Shown here: one piece after another, positions 50,320 to 59,458 of the stretch | Layout: every line of letters starts with the position of its first letter | Position numbering within the stretch: position 1 is the first letter of the stretch | Origin: Alistipes sp. | GTDB lineage: Bacteria; Bacteroidota; Bacteroidia; Bacteroidales; Rikenellaceae | Assembly (NCBI GenBank): GCA_017630455.1 | Contig: JAGBVG010000062.1 | Location: 24,578-88,577, forward strand | Direction of reading: 5' to 3' | DNA length: 64,000 bases | Notes under the pieces: model-generated | What the model was told of the DNA's origin: nothing | Databases searched by the model: none | Seen by the model: only the letters and a program-made list of their open reading frames with translations | Program-made: the position numbers and the translations under genes

Positions 50320-51138
50320 CTACATATTACTACTATGTTCATCCTTGTAAACTACATCTAATAATGCTAAAATAGATTTGAATGATAAAACCCAAACCGA
50401 TTTAGAATTAACATTGACAGATGTTAACATTCCTATGCACCCGCCATTTTGGTTATAAACGAGGGAGCCACTTAACCCGCTCCAGTATTCATCTGATGTT
50501 ATTTCATCTTTTGTATTAAGAAGGAAATAATCTCCACATGTGTCAATATATTTCAGATTGTTTTGTGGTGCAGGAACTAGCTGTAGCATTAATCCTTGGC
50601 ACCCAGAACAAATATGTCCAAAAATATAATATGTATCATTTTTAGAAGGTACTTCGATAAATTCTGGCGAGATTGCATATTTACATTCACCAGCATGTAA
50701 TAACTCGCCAGGGAACTCAATCTGCCGTGTATAATAATCGATATTTATTTGTTCTTCATTAAGTTTGCATATGCACAAATCAAATGGTTTGAGATCATTG
50801 GTTGTTTGATTCACATCAAATGTGTCAAAATAATACGCCCCTGACATCGTAGCAATTTGTGATGCTAAAAGTTTATTATCTACTTTATTGGTATGAACAG
50901 CTATTAAATCTCCATTGCCAGTTCGTTTTCTGTTTTTATAGTCTTCATAATGTGGAACATGATCAGCTGTAATAAAGAAGAAATCTTCGTGGTATTTGAA
51001 AAAGAATCCTGAAGCATATCCCACAGGTTTATGGGTAAAAGATGAATCAGTAAAATGGTTAATTTGCACAAACAACGATGTTTTAGCCATTAGATGATTA
51101 AGCGTAAGACCTTCTACGCCGAGAGCCGTTTCTAACAT
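50320..51138 (-). CDS. Cytoplasmic trypsin-like serine protease
   Basis: ASGFF, ITADHV (His), DLCI (Asp), GLSGSLVY..G.CIGM (Ser); no signal peptide. Confidence 0.75.
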   Translation of the reverse strand: MLETALGVEGLTLNHLMAKTSLFVQINHFTDSSFTHKPVGYASGFFFKYHEDFFFITADHVPHYEDYKNRKRTGNGDLIAVHTNKVDNKLLASQIATMSGAYYFDTFDVNQTTNDLKPFDLCICKLNEEQINIDYYTRQIEFPGELLHAGECKYAISPEFIEVPSKNDTYYIFGHICSGCQGLMLQLVPAPQNNLKYIDTCGDYFLLNTKDEITSDEYWSGLSGSLVYNQNGGCIGMLTSVNVNSKSVWVLSFKSILALLDVVYKDEHSSNM

Positions 51139-51162
51139 AACTAGATCTATTAAATATTCAAA

Positions 51163-52296
51163 TTACTTCCCAAAATATTCGTTCTTCAACCAGTAAGCAT
51201 AGATTGGATCCTGGAATGAGAACTCGCCAGCCTTATTATCCAAAATATCATTCTTAATAAGAGCCGCCTTTGAGCGTGTGATTGCGGTTGTCGATGATAT
51301 TTGATAGCGATGCATAACATCAATAGAACTTATCGCCTTTTCTCCGGCAATCAAGGCCTTTAAATAATTGAGTTGCTGAGTGGTGAGTGTTTCGGTAATA
51401 GTTACAAATAGCAAACTCAACTGCTCAACCAATGCTGAGTGAGCCTCTCGCACAATATCAGTCGTACACACATCATTTGTTCTCAACCAAGATTGCTGTG
51501 CGAGCTGCTGCGCATAGTAAGGGTGGTTATCCACAAGTTCTGCGATTAAATGGGCTGCATCATCATTAATACTCTTGCCAGTATCCTCAAAACGGCTATT
51601 GAAGAACTCTACCAGGCATGGCGTATCAATCTTGTCAAGGAACATCAGTGTGCCAAACTTATAGAACGGTTTCGATGAGTGGGCGAACACTTCCAACATC
51701 ATATGACGTTTACTACCATAGAGACAGTATGCGACATGCTGATGTTGCTGCCAGTGTGAGCGCAACTTCTTCTGGAAGTAATCCGGATCAGCAAACTCTG
51801 CAATATTCTGGAACTCATCAACGCAAACCACGATTTTAAATCCCTTTTTCTTTGCAATCTTTTCAGCAAGGTCAAGCACCTCGTCTGGATTGCGCTTTAC
51901 ATCGTCCCAATCGAAATCGATGGCGACCTCATTCGTTGGATCGGTACCGATAGTAATCTTTGGAACAAGGTGTGAAAAAAAGCTTTTTGCGTTCTCTACA
52001 GCCTCTTCCCATTTCGTAGATATAGCAGCAATAACCTTCTGAGCAAGCAACGAGTAGAAATGCTCCTCATTGCGCACATTGAAGAGGTCAATGTGGCAGA
52101 TACGCAAGTTGCTATCCTTCTCCATTGCCAATTTCGCTGCTTTGTTTACAAGCGAACTCTTTCCCCAACGACGAGGAGAAATAATAATAGTATTTATTAG
52201 CGAAGTGAAGTTCTGGACCAAGTTAGCTGTTTCAGCTTCTCTATCCGTAAAATTCTTCTCAGTCGCAATTTTACCGAAGATAAAAGGAGTTTCCAT
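51163..52296 (-). CDS. P-loop ATPase, archaeal-ATPase/STAND-like, with C-terminal winged helix
   Basis: FTDRE.E, SPRRWGKSS, VCVDEFQ, YGSKRH, HPYYAQ, FQDPIY..WL; start METPF at 52296. Confidence 0.85.
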   Translation of the reverse strand: METPFIFGKIATEKNFTDREAETANLVQNFTSLINTIIISPRRWGKSSLVNKAAKLAMEKDSNLRICHIDLFNVRNEEHFYSLLAQKVIAAISTKWEEAVENAKSFFSHLVPKITIGTDPTNEVAIDFDWDDVKRNPDEVLDLAEKIAKKKGFKIVVCVDEFQNIAEFADPDYFQKKLRSHWQQHQHVAYCLYGSKRHMMLEVFAHSSKPFYKFGTLMFLDKIDTPCLVEFFNSRFEDTGKSINDDAAHLIAELVDNHPYYAQQLAQQSWLRTNDVCTTDIVREAHSALVEQLSLLFVTITETLTTQQLNYLKALIAGEKAISSIDVMHRYQISSTTAITRSKAALIKNDILDNKAGEFSFQDPIYAYWLKNEYFGK

Positions 52297-52428
52297 AATA
52301 CTTGTTTTTAGTTTCTTTGTCACAAATATAATACAAAAAATGTACCTACGCAAATTGTTTGCACAAAAAGTGTTTGTACAATTTATGTAGCAAATATGTT
52401 TAATATTATCTTGGGGCTGAAATAGGGC

Positions 52429-52658
52429 GATAAAATTTGATAAACGATGATAACTAATGACAAATTGGTTTTATCATTATGAGGCCTAAAATAGACAATT
52501 TGATAACCATTGCTTATCATTGGTTATCACCGTTACTAATTCTTTACTTGCCGATGCAGAATGTTAAAGTTATTGATAATAAGAAGCTTACAAAGTTGAG
52601 GCTCATATAAGGCCCAAATATTTGATAAACAGTGATAAACGATAATAGCTGATGATAA
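52429..52658. repeat. Helically phased GATAA/TTATC repeat field
   Basis: GATAA at 52429, 52439, 52449, GACAA at 52459; TTATCA at 52471, 52514, 52524; GATAA at 52624, 52634, 52654. Confidence 0.8.
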
Positions 52659-52776
52659 ATAGATTGCGATAGGCGCAAAGTTTGCGGAGCTGATTATGGC
52701 TGGCAAGTAGTAGCCAACCAAAAGCCGAAAATACTCCTATTCTAATAATAGTCTAAACTATTAAATCACAACGCAA

Positions 52777-53136
52777 ATGAGAAGGAGTAAATTTAGAAGA
52801 CCGTGCAAAGTGCTTATTTTCAATAGTGCAAGGGTGTTGGTGGCGATTGTTCGCTCGCTGCATTGTGCCGCTGAACTGACGCACGAAAACAAATCGGCAA
52901 TACACAATTGTTGCACAGGCAAATCGGTCCGATCGGGAGTCTATTATTACCGCCAGCTGCACCCTGATATCCTATTGGAGATGGACGATTTGGACAAGCT
53001 GACACTCAAAGAGTATGACGACTTGTGTGGCATCAAACGAAAGTACATCTCCACACGAAAGATGGCACATATTCGCCAGAGGGCACAGGATAGGCAGAGA
53101 ATGAAGATTGCCATCTCCTACCGGGAAATGAACTAA
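52777..53136 (+). CDS. Small NUMOD1-like DNA-binding protein
   Basis: RSLHCAAELT...SAIHNCCTGK...SGVYYYR resembles the NUMOD1 helix-turn-helix; paralog at 54784. Confidence 0.65.
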   Translation: MRRSKFRRPCKVLIFNSARVLVAIVRSLHCAAELTHENKSAIHNCCTGKSVRSGVYYYRQLHPDILLEMDDLDKLTLKEYDDLCGIKRKYISTRKMAHIRQRAQDRQRMKIAISYREMN

Positions 53137-53335
53137 TAACTGCAACTCTCAAGGCATTAGACTATTGCAACGGTGCGCAAAACGAATGCCCACTCTATTG
53201 TTCTTCGCTCACCTCGCTATTCTTCAGTATTTTTCCAAGTCTGCGAGGTGGGCATTTAATTTTAGTGGTTGCCACGGGACTCACTTGGAGAAAATATCAC
53301 TAACTTTGTGGAAGGAAATATAAATATATCGGGTT

Positions 53336-54769
53336 ATGGATACAATTAATGCTACAATAGTCAATCGCACTTGGCTTGCATTTGCAAATGAAGATATATG
53401 TAATCATAGAAATGCTATCAAACAGATGGGTTATATCAATTGGGTAATGGGTACTAAATTCCGTTTTTCAATTGGTGATACTGTGTATCTTTTTATGTCA
53501 GACAAACGAGAGGTCTGCTATAAAATGGTAGTTGTAGAAAAGGATTGTGAGAGAACTGATAAGGCATTTTGGAATGTGAATGCTCCTAACGATAAGACAT
53601 ATAAATTGTCGTTGGTAATGGAGTACAAAGGTGATAAACTAAACGAAGAGAACCTAAAAGCACATGGTTTTAGCTCTGGTAAGAGCATACAAACGCCAAG
53701 CTATAGAAATGAACAACTAATTGCATATATAGACTCAGTGTTTGATGAAGTGCATAATCAAGTATCTGATTTGCAATGTAAACCAATTATATATGTAGAT
53801 TTGGGGTCTGGGAGCTATTGGGATGATAAGATTGGACATGAGTATTTTAATCTTGTTAAAAATCCAACCGATAAACGATATTACGGATATTGCCCTCCTT
53901 ATGGGAATATTAATATTTCAAATCTAGGCGCAAATAAAAGTGACAAATTAATTTCAGGTGTAATTGTAGTTTATACAAAAAAAGCCAAGGATTCGTCTAA
54001 TCGTGAAATAATAGCATTTTGTAAAGATGCAACAATTCATAGAACCCCAATCGATGATATTAAAACCTTGCAGACTTTAAAGCGTAAATTACCCGATAGT
54101 TCGGGAATTTATTGTGCCTATTCCATAGAGTCAGATGAACTTGTTGATTTATCACAAGTAAGTTCGAAATTCGTGATTCATATTGCAGATTATAATGTAT
54201 CAATGTTTAGGGCTCAACGGTTCTTTAAAGGAAAATACAAAGATCTAGATAAAAAAGTTATAGCTTATATTGCAAGTTATCTATATGGTGGCAATGATGA
54301 TAATGAATTTGATTTTCAGGAGTCGGTTCAAAATGCAGATGTCGATGTCAGTTTAGTTAATACCGCAACAGAAGAACCTGAGTATGCGGATGGGAATAAT
54401 TGTAAAGTCGTAAAGAAGAATAGTAGAATTTCGAAATCAGTTTTGGTGAATTCAAAATACCAATGTGCTGCTGATAATATACATACTACATTTAATACCG
54501 CAAAAGGTGTTCCGTACATGGAAGGTCACCATCTAATACCATGCACATACAGGAATGCTCAAAATTTTTGGAAAACAAAAGGTAGAAATATAGATTGTGT
54601 TGAGAATATAGTTTGCTTATGTCCAACATGCCATCGGAAAATTCATTTTGGTTCGTCAGATGAGAAAAGAAAATTGATAAAACTATTATATGAAAAGCAG
54701 ATCGAGAAATTGAGTGATGCAAATATCGCAATAAGCCTCAATGAATTATATACTTATTATGGATTATAA
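53336..54769 (+). CDS. HNH endonuclease with PUA/EVE-like N-terminal domain (type IV restriction-like)
   Basis: INW....FSIGDTVYLF N-domain; C-terminal YQC..H..F..YMEGHHLIP..NIVCLCPTCHRKIHFG; TAACTTTG box at 53301-53308. Confidence 0.82.
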   Translation: MDTINATIVNRTWLAFANEDICNHRNAIKQMGYINWVMGTKFRFSIGDTVYLFMSDKREVCYKMVVVEKDCERTDKAFWNVNAPNDKTYKLSLVMEYKGDKLNEENLKAHGFSSGKSIQTPSYRNEQLIAYIDSVFDEVHNQVSDLQCKPIIYVDLGSGSYWDDKIGHEYFNLVKNPTDKRYYGYCPPYGNINISNLGANKSDKLISGVIVVYTKKAKDSSNREIIAFCKDATIHRTPIDDIKTLQTLKRKLPDSSGIYCAYSIESDELVDLSQVSSKFVIHIADYNVSMFRAQRFFKGKYKDLDKKVIAYIASYLYGGNDDNEFDFQESVQNADVDVSLVNTATEEPEYADGNNCKVVKKNSRISKSVLVNSKYQCAADNIHTTFNTAKGVPYMEGHHLIPCTYRNAQNFWKTKGRNIDCVENIVCLCPTCHRKIHFGSSDEKRKLIKLLYEKQIEKLSDANIAISLNELYTYYGL

Positions 54770-54783
54770 TTGAACAAAGTAGT

Positions 54784-55041
54784 ATGTCAGAGAAACAATC
54801 ACAGATACTAATCTTCAACGCCGCCGGAGAGTTAGTGGCGATTGCGAGGTCTATCCGCTCCGCTGCTGAGCTTACAAAAGTTGATGAGAACGAAATCGAA
54901 CTCTGCTGCGAGAACCGACTAAGCATCTCCGGACAATATTGTTTTCGATACAATGTAGATCCGTCAATTGCAGATGATACACTCGGTAAACTAACTATTG
55001 ACGAGTACGACAAGCTCTGCCAAAAGTATAATTTGAGATAA
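54784..55041 (+). CDS. Small NUMOD1-like protein (paralog of 52777-53136)
   Basis: Shares LIFN...LVAI.RS...AAELT...CC...SG.Y...KLT..EYD.LC. Confidence 0.65.
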   Translation: MSEKQSQILIFNAAGELVAIARSIRSAAELTKVDENEIELCCENRLSISGQYCFRYNVDPSIADDTLGKLTIDEYDKLCQKYNLR

Positions 55042-55183
55042 GATAGGGTTGCTAACTGAGTATGTATTGAGATGGTTATGGCGTCTTTCTCCTTATTTTT
55101 TGCTTATAATTTGCCAAATCTCGATTTTTAAAGCAATTTATAATGTAGAAAGAGCAATACTATTTAGTTCCACAACAATATTA

Positions 55184-56818
55184 TCATTCTGTGCTATTGA
55201 GAAATATCTCATCTTCACAAAAGTACATTTTCAAAGCAATCCACCACAAATAAGCACCGTTATCAAGAAAATGCTGAGGGGTCCACAACCCATGTGCAAC
55301 ACAATTTCTAAGATTTACATCTGCACCAGTATTCAGAAAGAATCGCAAATCATTATATATGTCTTCCTTAAAATAAGGTTTTAAGTACTCTAAAGCCTTT
55401 GATAAACCAGGCTCATCTTGATGGTCATCTCTATGAAGAGCTGATAGGTCACCATAAATGGATTCTGCTTTGTTTACAAGTGACCTCTCAATTTGCGGGG
55501 TTAATATGTGTGCTGCGGATATTAAATCCCCTTTTAAGCCACATGTTAATCCTTTCGCCCAAAATAGCACTTGGTATGGTTGAATGTAAGATGCGGTACA
55601 ATTCTCGCATAAAGCTTGGCAAACTTCATTTTCATTAAAGTTAGGGGATTCGATTGTCTCTAATATTGTCTTCTCAATTATACATCTCCATTTAAGTCTA
55701 TAGTATCTATACGCACTTATTTGGACACCTTCTTCTGGTGAAGCAATACCTATGATTTGCCCTTGGTCACCTAATCGCATACTCCCAAACATAGATAGGA
55801 ATGGTGCTTGTGTGCAACTATGAGTGCAATATTTTTCGATTGCAACTTTTGAAATAAATGGCAACCCTCTCAACAAACCAAAAACCTTTAATGGCTCAGA
55901 GATATTGGCGTCTTTTATTATTTTATCAACCATCGTAATAAAATCATTATCTAAGGTTATATTTGTTTTTACTCCATATAGTTGTAAGTTACTATTAAAT
56001 TCCTGTTGTTCTTTTATTAACTTATATTTGATTCTTTCATATTCATTCAGATATAATGCCTTTATATGAAATATCTCACGATATGCATTCTGAATAATAT
56101 CAACATTATTAGGATATATTGTGTTGGATTCTTTATTAGCATTAACATAATCAAGTTCTGCCTCATAAGACAAAGCCTTTTTTAAATGTTGTTCTTGAGC
56201 TGTAATGCATCCTATCTCTTTAAGTGCGTCTATATATGAACGTTCATCATCGCGATGAGGCGAATCTTGAATTAACGACACCTGCTTTAATAGTAATGAA
56301 GATATAGGTATTAGTTCTTCTGTGGAATATGATTTTTTTAATTCCTCGCACATCTCTCGAATCCAACCGGGATATATTTTCTGAGATAATATATCGTATA
56401 TGTCTCTAATAAATTTTTCACTTTTTAATGGGTTGTAGGCTCGAACAGATATAGAACGCAGCAAAAACCACGGAGAGAGACATATTGCATACAACGACAA
56501 ATAATCTTCCGAAGCAGATGCCGCCATACTTAACTTGCCTCTGCCTTTTATATGCCTATGACATACATCTTTGCAATATGCTCGTATTTGAATATTGGAT
56601 GAATTCGTGTATTGTAAAAGGGCTCCGCACTCCTCCTCTGATATGCGAAAGTTAGCAATAAAAGGATACTCACCACTCCTATGACGCTCCTTCATTTGAG
56701 CCTTAGACAGTCTTAATAAAAGTGGCAATTCGGGGAACTTATCTACGCTCTGATGTGTTTGCTGAGAAAGCCAATCTGTTAACTCTTGCTCGTATATAGC
56801 CTTAGGGATGTTTAGCAT
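55184..56818 (-). CDS. DUF4209-like HEPN-domain protein
   Basis: C-terminal HILTPQIERSL...NLRNCVAHG (RxxxxH) after a long helical region. Confidence 0.72.
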   Translation of the reverse strand: MLNIPKAIYEQELTDWLSQQTHQSVDKFPELPLLLRLSKAQMKERHRSGEYPFIANFRISEEECGALLQYTNSSNIQIRAYCKDVCHRHIKGRGKLSMAASASEDYLSLYAICLSPWFLLRSISVRAYNPLKSEKFIRDIYDILSQKIYPGWIREMCEELKKSYSTEELIPISSLLLKQVSLIQDSPHRDDERSYIDALKEIGCITAQEQHLKKALSYEAELDYVNANKESNTIYPNNVDIIQNAYREIFHIKALYLNEYERIKYKLIKEQQEFNSNLQLYGVKTNITLDNDFITMVDKIIKDANISEPLKVFGLLRGLPFISKVAIEKYCTHSCTQAPFLSMFGSMRLGDQGQIIGIASPEEGVQISAYRYYRLKWRCIIEKTILETIESPNFNENEVCQALCENCTASYIQPYQVLFWAKGLTCGLKGDLISAAHILTPQIERSLVNKAESIYGDLSALHRDDHQDEPGLSKALEYLKPYFKEDIYNDLRFFLNTGADVNLRNCVAHGLWTPQHFLDNGAYLWWIALKMYFCEDEIFLNSTE

Positions 56819-56858
56819 ATTTGGGTATTATAATATAGTCGGTTGGCTATGTCTATCA

Positions 56859-57500
56859 TTAACAACTCACAAAATCAAGTTTAATCAATTGCCAAACTTT
56901 ACCATGCAGACAGGTTGGATCTGGCTCTGTATCGGCCAATGTAAAGTTCGTTAATCCCGCAGTACACTCTTCTTTTGTTGCTCCATATGGATAGCGCTCC
57001 TCATATAGAGACAGCATCTGCTTTATGGTGTATTTATCACGCAACATATGCAAATCCCAGAAGTCCTTCTTGCGACCACCACGCGACACCACATCCATCT
57101 TCATCGCAACAATATCTTCTACTGCTGCCATACGGATTGTGTCAAACTGCTCCTGCGGACGGATAAAAGGATCGGTATAAAACAAGTCGACTTTTACATT
57201 TTCATCCTTCGAGTTGCCGACCAAGTATGAAGTTCCAAAACCTACAATCTCACCGCAGTCGCCCTGACAATATGGGAACTCCCTACAAAGGATCTCTTGC
57301 AATCGATAAAAATCCAACGAGCCGTATTCAGCATCAGTAAATAGGTCTATATCATCAGACATACGATGACCATAGCGTAACGATAGTGAAGTACCACCCA
57401 CAAGACGAAATGGTTTGAACTCTTCGATCTCCATCAGACGTTCCAATGTGGAACGGAGAACAGGTTTTACGGTCTGATATTGCAACTCTTTACGCTTCAT
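56859..57500 (-). CDS. AbiEii-family nucleotidyltransferase toxin
   Basis: LVGGTSLSL.YGHR.S.DIDLF, IVAMK, R..KKDFWDL. Confidence 0.88.
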   Translation of the reverse strand: MKRKELQYQTVKPVLRSTLERLMEIEEFKPFRLVGGTSLSLRYGHRMSDDIDLFTDAEYGSLDFYRLQEILCREFPYCQGDCGEIVGFGTSYLVGNSKDENVKVDLFYTDPFIRPQEQFDTIRMAAVEDIVAMKMDVVSRGGRKKDFWDLHMLRDKYTIKQMLSLYEERYPYGATKEECTAGLTNFTLADTEPDPTCLHGKVWQLIKLDFVSC

Positions 57501-58011
57501 AGTCCAAATACTGTTTTATGTTTGCTTTTATATTATTTTCAAATGGTGACTTCACTTTTAGGTTGATGTTATCCAATATGACATCACAACCATAGAAACG
57601 AATAACTTCCAGTATCTCCTCCTCATTTCCTCGCTCAAACACACGATTGATTACATATCGGCTATGTGCAGTAAAGTCAATATTCTCAATCTTTGTATCC
57701 CAGAATATTGTGCTACGGAATTTTGTAAGGTCAGGGCGATGGTTTTGTGATAGTTTACGCTTCTCCTCTGCTATATCATAGTACACCTGTAGAGTCATTA
57801 AGAAACCTTCCTCCAAACCGAGAGCTTGCTCAATACGGAGGGACAGAGGCGTATTCATTGACCTTCGTCCACGAATAATGGCACTCAAAGTCTGTGGATG
57901 TTCGCCAATAGACTCGGCAAACTGTCCACTTTTGAGTTTTCTATTACCCAACTCTCGCTGCAAGAAAAGACCTGGGTGCAACCCTTTTAGTATTTCAATC
58001 ATCCTATTCAT
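57490..58011 (-). CDS. HigA-like HTH antitoxin fused to a DUF6922-like domain
   Basis: HPG..L...QTLSAIIRGRR..LSLRIE; IFWDT...YVINRVFERG; overlaps the toxin start. Confidence 0.8.
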   Translation of the reverse strand: MNRMIEILKGLHPGLFLQRELGNRKLKSGQFAESIGEHPQTLSAIIRGRRSMNTPLSLRIEQALGLEEGFLMTLQVYYDIAEEKRKLSQNHRPDLTKFRSTIFWDTKIENIDFTAHSRYVINRVFERGNEEEILEVIRFYGCDVILDNINLKVKSPFENNIKANIKQYLDYEA

Positions 58012-58020
58012 ACCGCAAAA

Positions 58021-58047
58021 ATAAACATTTTTGTTTATAAAAACAAA
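58021..58047. promoter_or_regulatory. Overlapping palindromic operator at the TA promoter
   Basis: ATAAACA-4-TGTTTAT and TTTGTTT-4-AAACAAA overlapping a minus-strand TATTTTTG box (58016-58023). Confidence 0.55.
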
Positions 58048-58066
58048 TTGCGAGCCAAAAAGTATT

Positions 58067-58113
58067 GATACCCTGCGAAAGTTGAATTTATTTTCAGACT
58101 TTCGCAGAGTATC
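58067..58113 (-). terminator. Hairpin ending the phosphoesterase operon
   Basis: GATAC-C-CTGCGAAAGT..ACTTTCGCAG-A-GTATC. Confidence 0.6.
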
Positions 58114-58125
58114 GAGGCATATAGA

Positions 58126-58890
58126 CTACACCTCTATAAACTTCCCGCCATCGAAGCCGGCGAGGTTCTCTCGGTAGTAAACATAACCGAGCTGGTTGCA
58201 GATAATACGGGTATTGCCGATTATCGCATCAATGTTGGCGTGCGAGTGCCCGAAAATCCACGTATCAATACGGCTGTCGGCAATAAAGTCGCCCAACTCC
58301 GTTGCGAAGGCACTATTCAGCAAGTTGCCCTTATGTTCTGGAGCAACGACTACCATTGTAGGCAGATGATGGGTTACCACCACGATACGCTCGGCGGTGC
58401 TCTCCGCAACACTCCGCTTGATAAAGTCCAGACATTTCTCGTGCTCGGCGTTAAAGTCGGCAGGGGTAAAGCGGCGACCATTGTACAGAATCTGCCGAAA
58501 ATCATTCATCCCTCGATGCACAAAATACTCATCCTCGGGGCGAATGTGCGACCAAAGGGTTGAGAGAATAAAATCAATTTCGTCAATTCTCACAACCTTG
58601 TTTTGGTGGTAATGCACATTTGGCAATATCTTACGGCTCCAACTGTCACCATAAGCTAACACATCGCCATTGCCATAAAACTCGTGGTTGCCGGGCACCA
58701 ACAACACCTCACGATAATTTGCTGATGCCCACTTCCAGAACTTCAGATTTGGCAATGTCCTATCCCGTAGGTAACCGGTATCACCTGCAAAGACCAAAAC
58801 ATCGCCAGTAGCCTCAAACGGCTCACTCTTTATAAATCTTGAATTATCCGACAATTCTAAATGGATGTCAGATGCAAATTGTATTTTCAT
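58126..58890 (-). CDS. Calcineurin-like metallophosphoesterase
   Basis: SDIHLE, AGD, PGNHEFY, THHLP, FGHSH, NQLGY. Confidence 0.9.
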   Translation of the reverse strand: MKIQFASDIHLELSDNSRFIKSEPFEATGDVLVFAGDTGYLRDRTLPNLKFWKWASANYREVLLVPGNHEFYGNGDVLAYGDSWSRKILPNVHYHQNKVVRIDEIDFILSTLWSHIRPEDEYFVHRGMNDFRQILYNGRRFTPADFNAEHEKCLDFIKRSVAESTAERIVVVTHHLPTMVVVAPEHKGNLLNSAFATELGDFIADSRIDTWIFGHSHANIDAIIGNTRIICNQLGYVYYRENLAGFDGGKFIEV

Positions 58891-58904
58891 AGTTATCAGT
58901 TCTT

Positions 58905-59446
58905 TTAACTTTTTGTATAAATCAATTCATACTCCTCCGCATTAGACTTGTTATCTAATATGCCCTTAGCGAAATAGAACTTATTGTATTGACATTGCGT
59001 GTTTTCAAGTTCTTCCTCTAAAAAGCCTATGCTTTCATTGTATTTATCAATATCCTTACTAATCTTATCATACAAATCCACATTAGCCTTGAGTATGCGA
59101 GTTTCTAACTTAGCTATAGTGGCCTTGTGCTTTGCAATAGACCTCTTATAATCCTCTATTTCTTCATTATAAAAGGCTAAAACTCTATCGAGCTGTCTAC
59201 TGTCAATGTTCGTGGAGAAGAACTCCACTGAAGCACATCTAATTGACGACTTAGGGTAGTAGAAAGGCGGAACAACTCACATCCGAAAGATTTGTGAACA
59301 TTCTTATTGTATTCATCTACCTCATGGATAGCTGTCATTATCTCATCCTTTGATAAGTTTCTCGTTTCCTCAAAGGATGGATGTTCTCTATACTCCAACA
59401 GGGGAGTATTCCTGTTTCTCAAATAGATAGTTGTGTATTCGCTCAT
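58905..59446 (-). pseudogene. Coiled-coil hypothetical gene split by a probable 1-bp deletion near 59197
   Basis: ORFs 59177-59446 and 58905-59228 overlap and join as ..RTLTV[x]QLDRVLAFY if one base is added at GTA GA^CAG. Confidence 0.6.
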
Positions 59447-59458
59447 AACTCAATCTTT

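Noticed and set aside
52429-52658. CRISPR array
   Set aside because: Units are 5-6 bp at 10-bp spacing, not 25-45-bp repeats with spacers; no cas genes or CRISPR-like array noticed in the window
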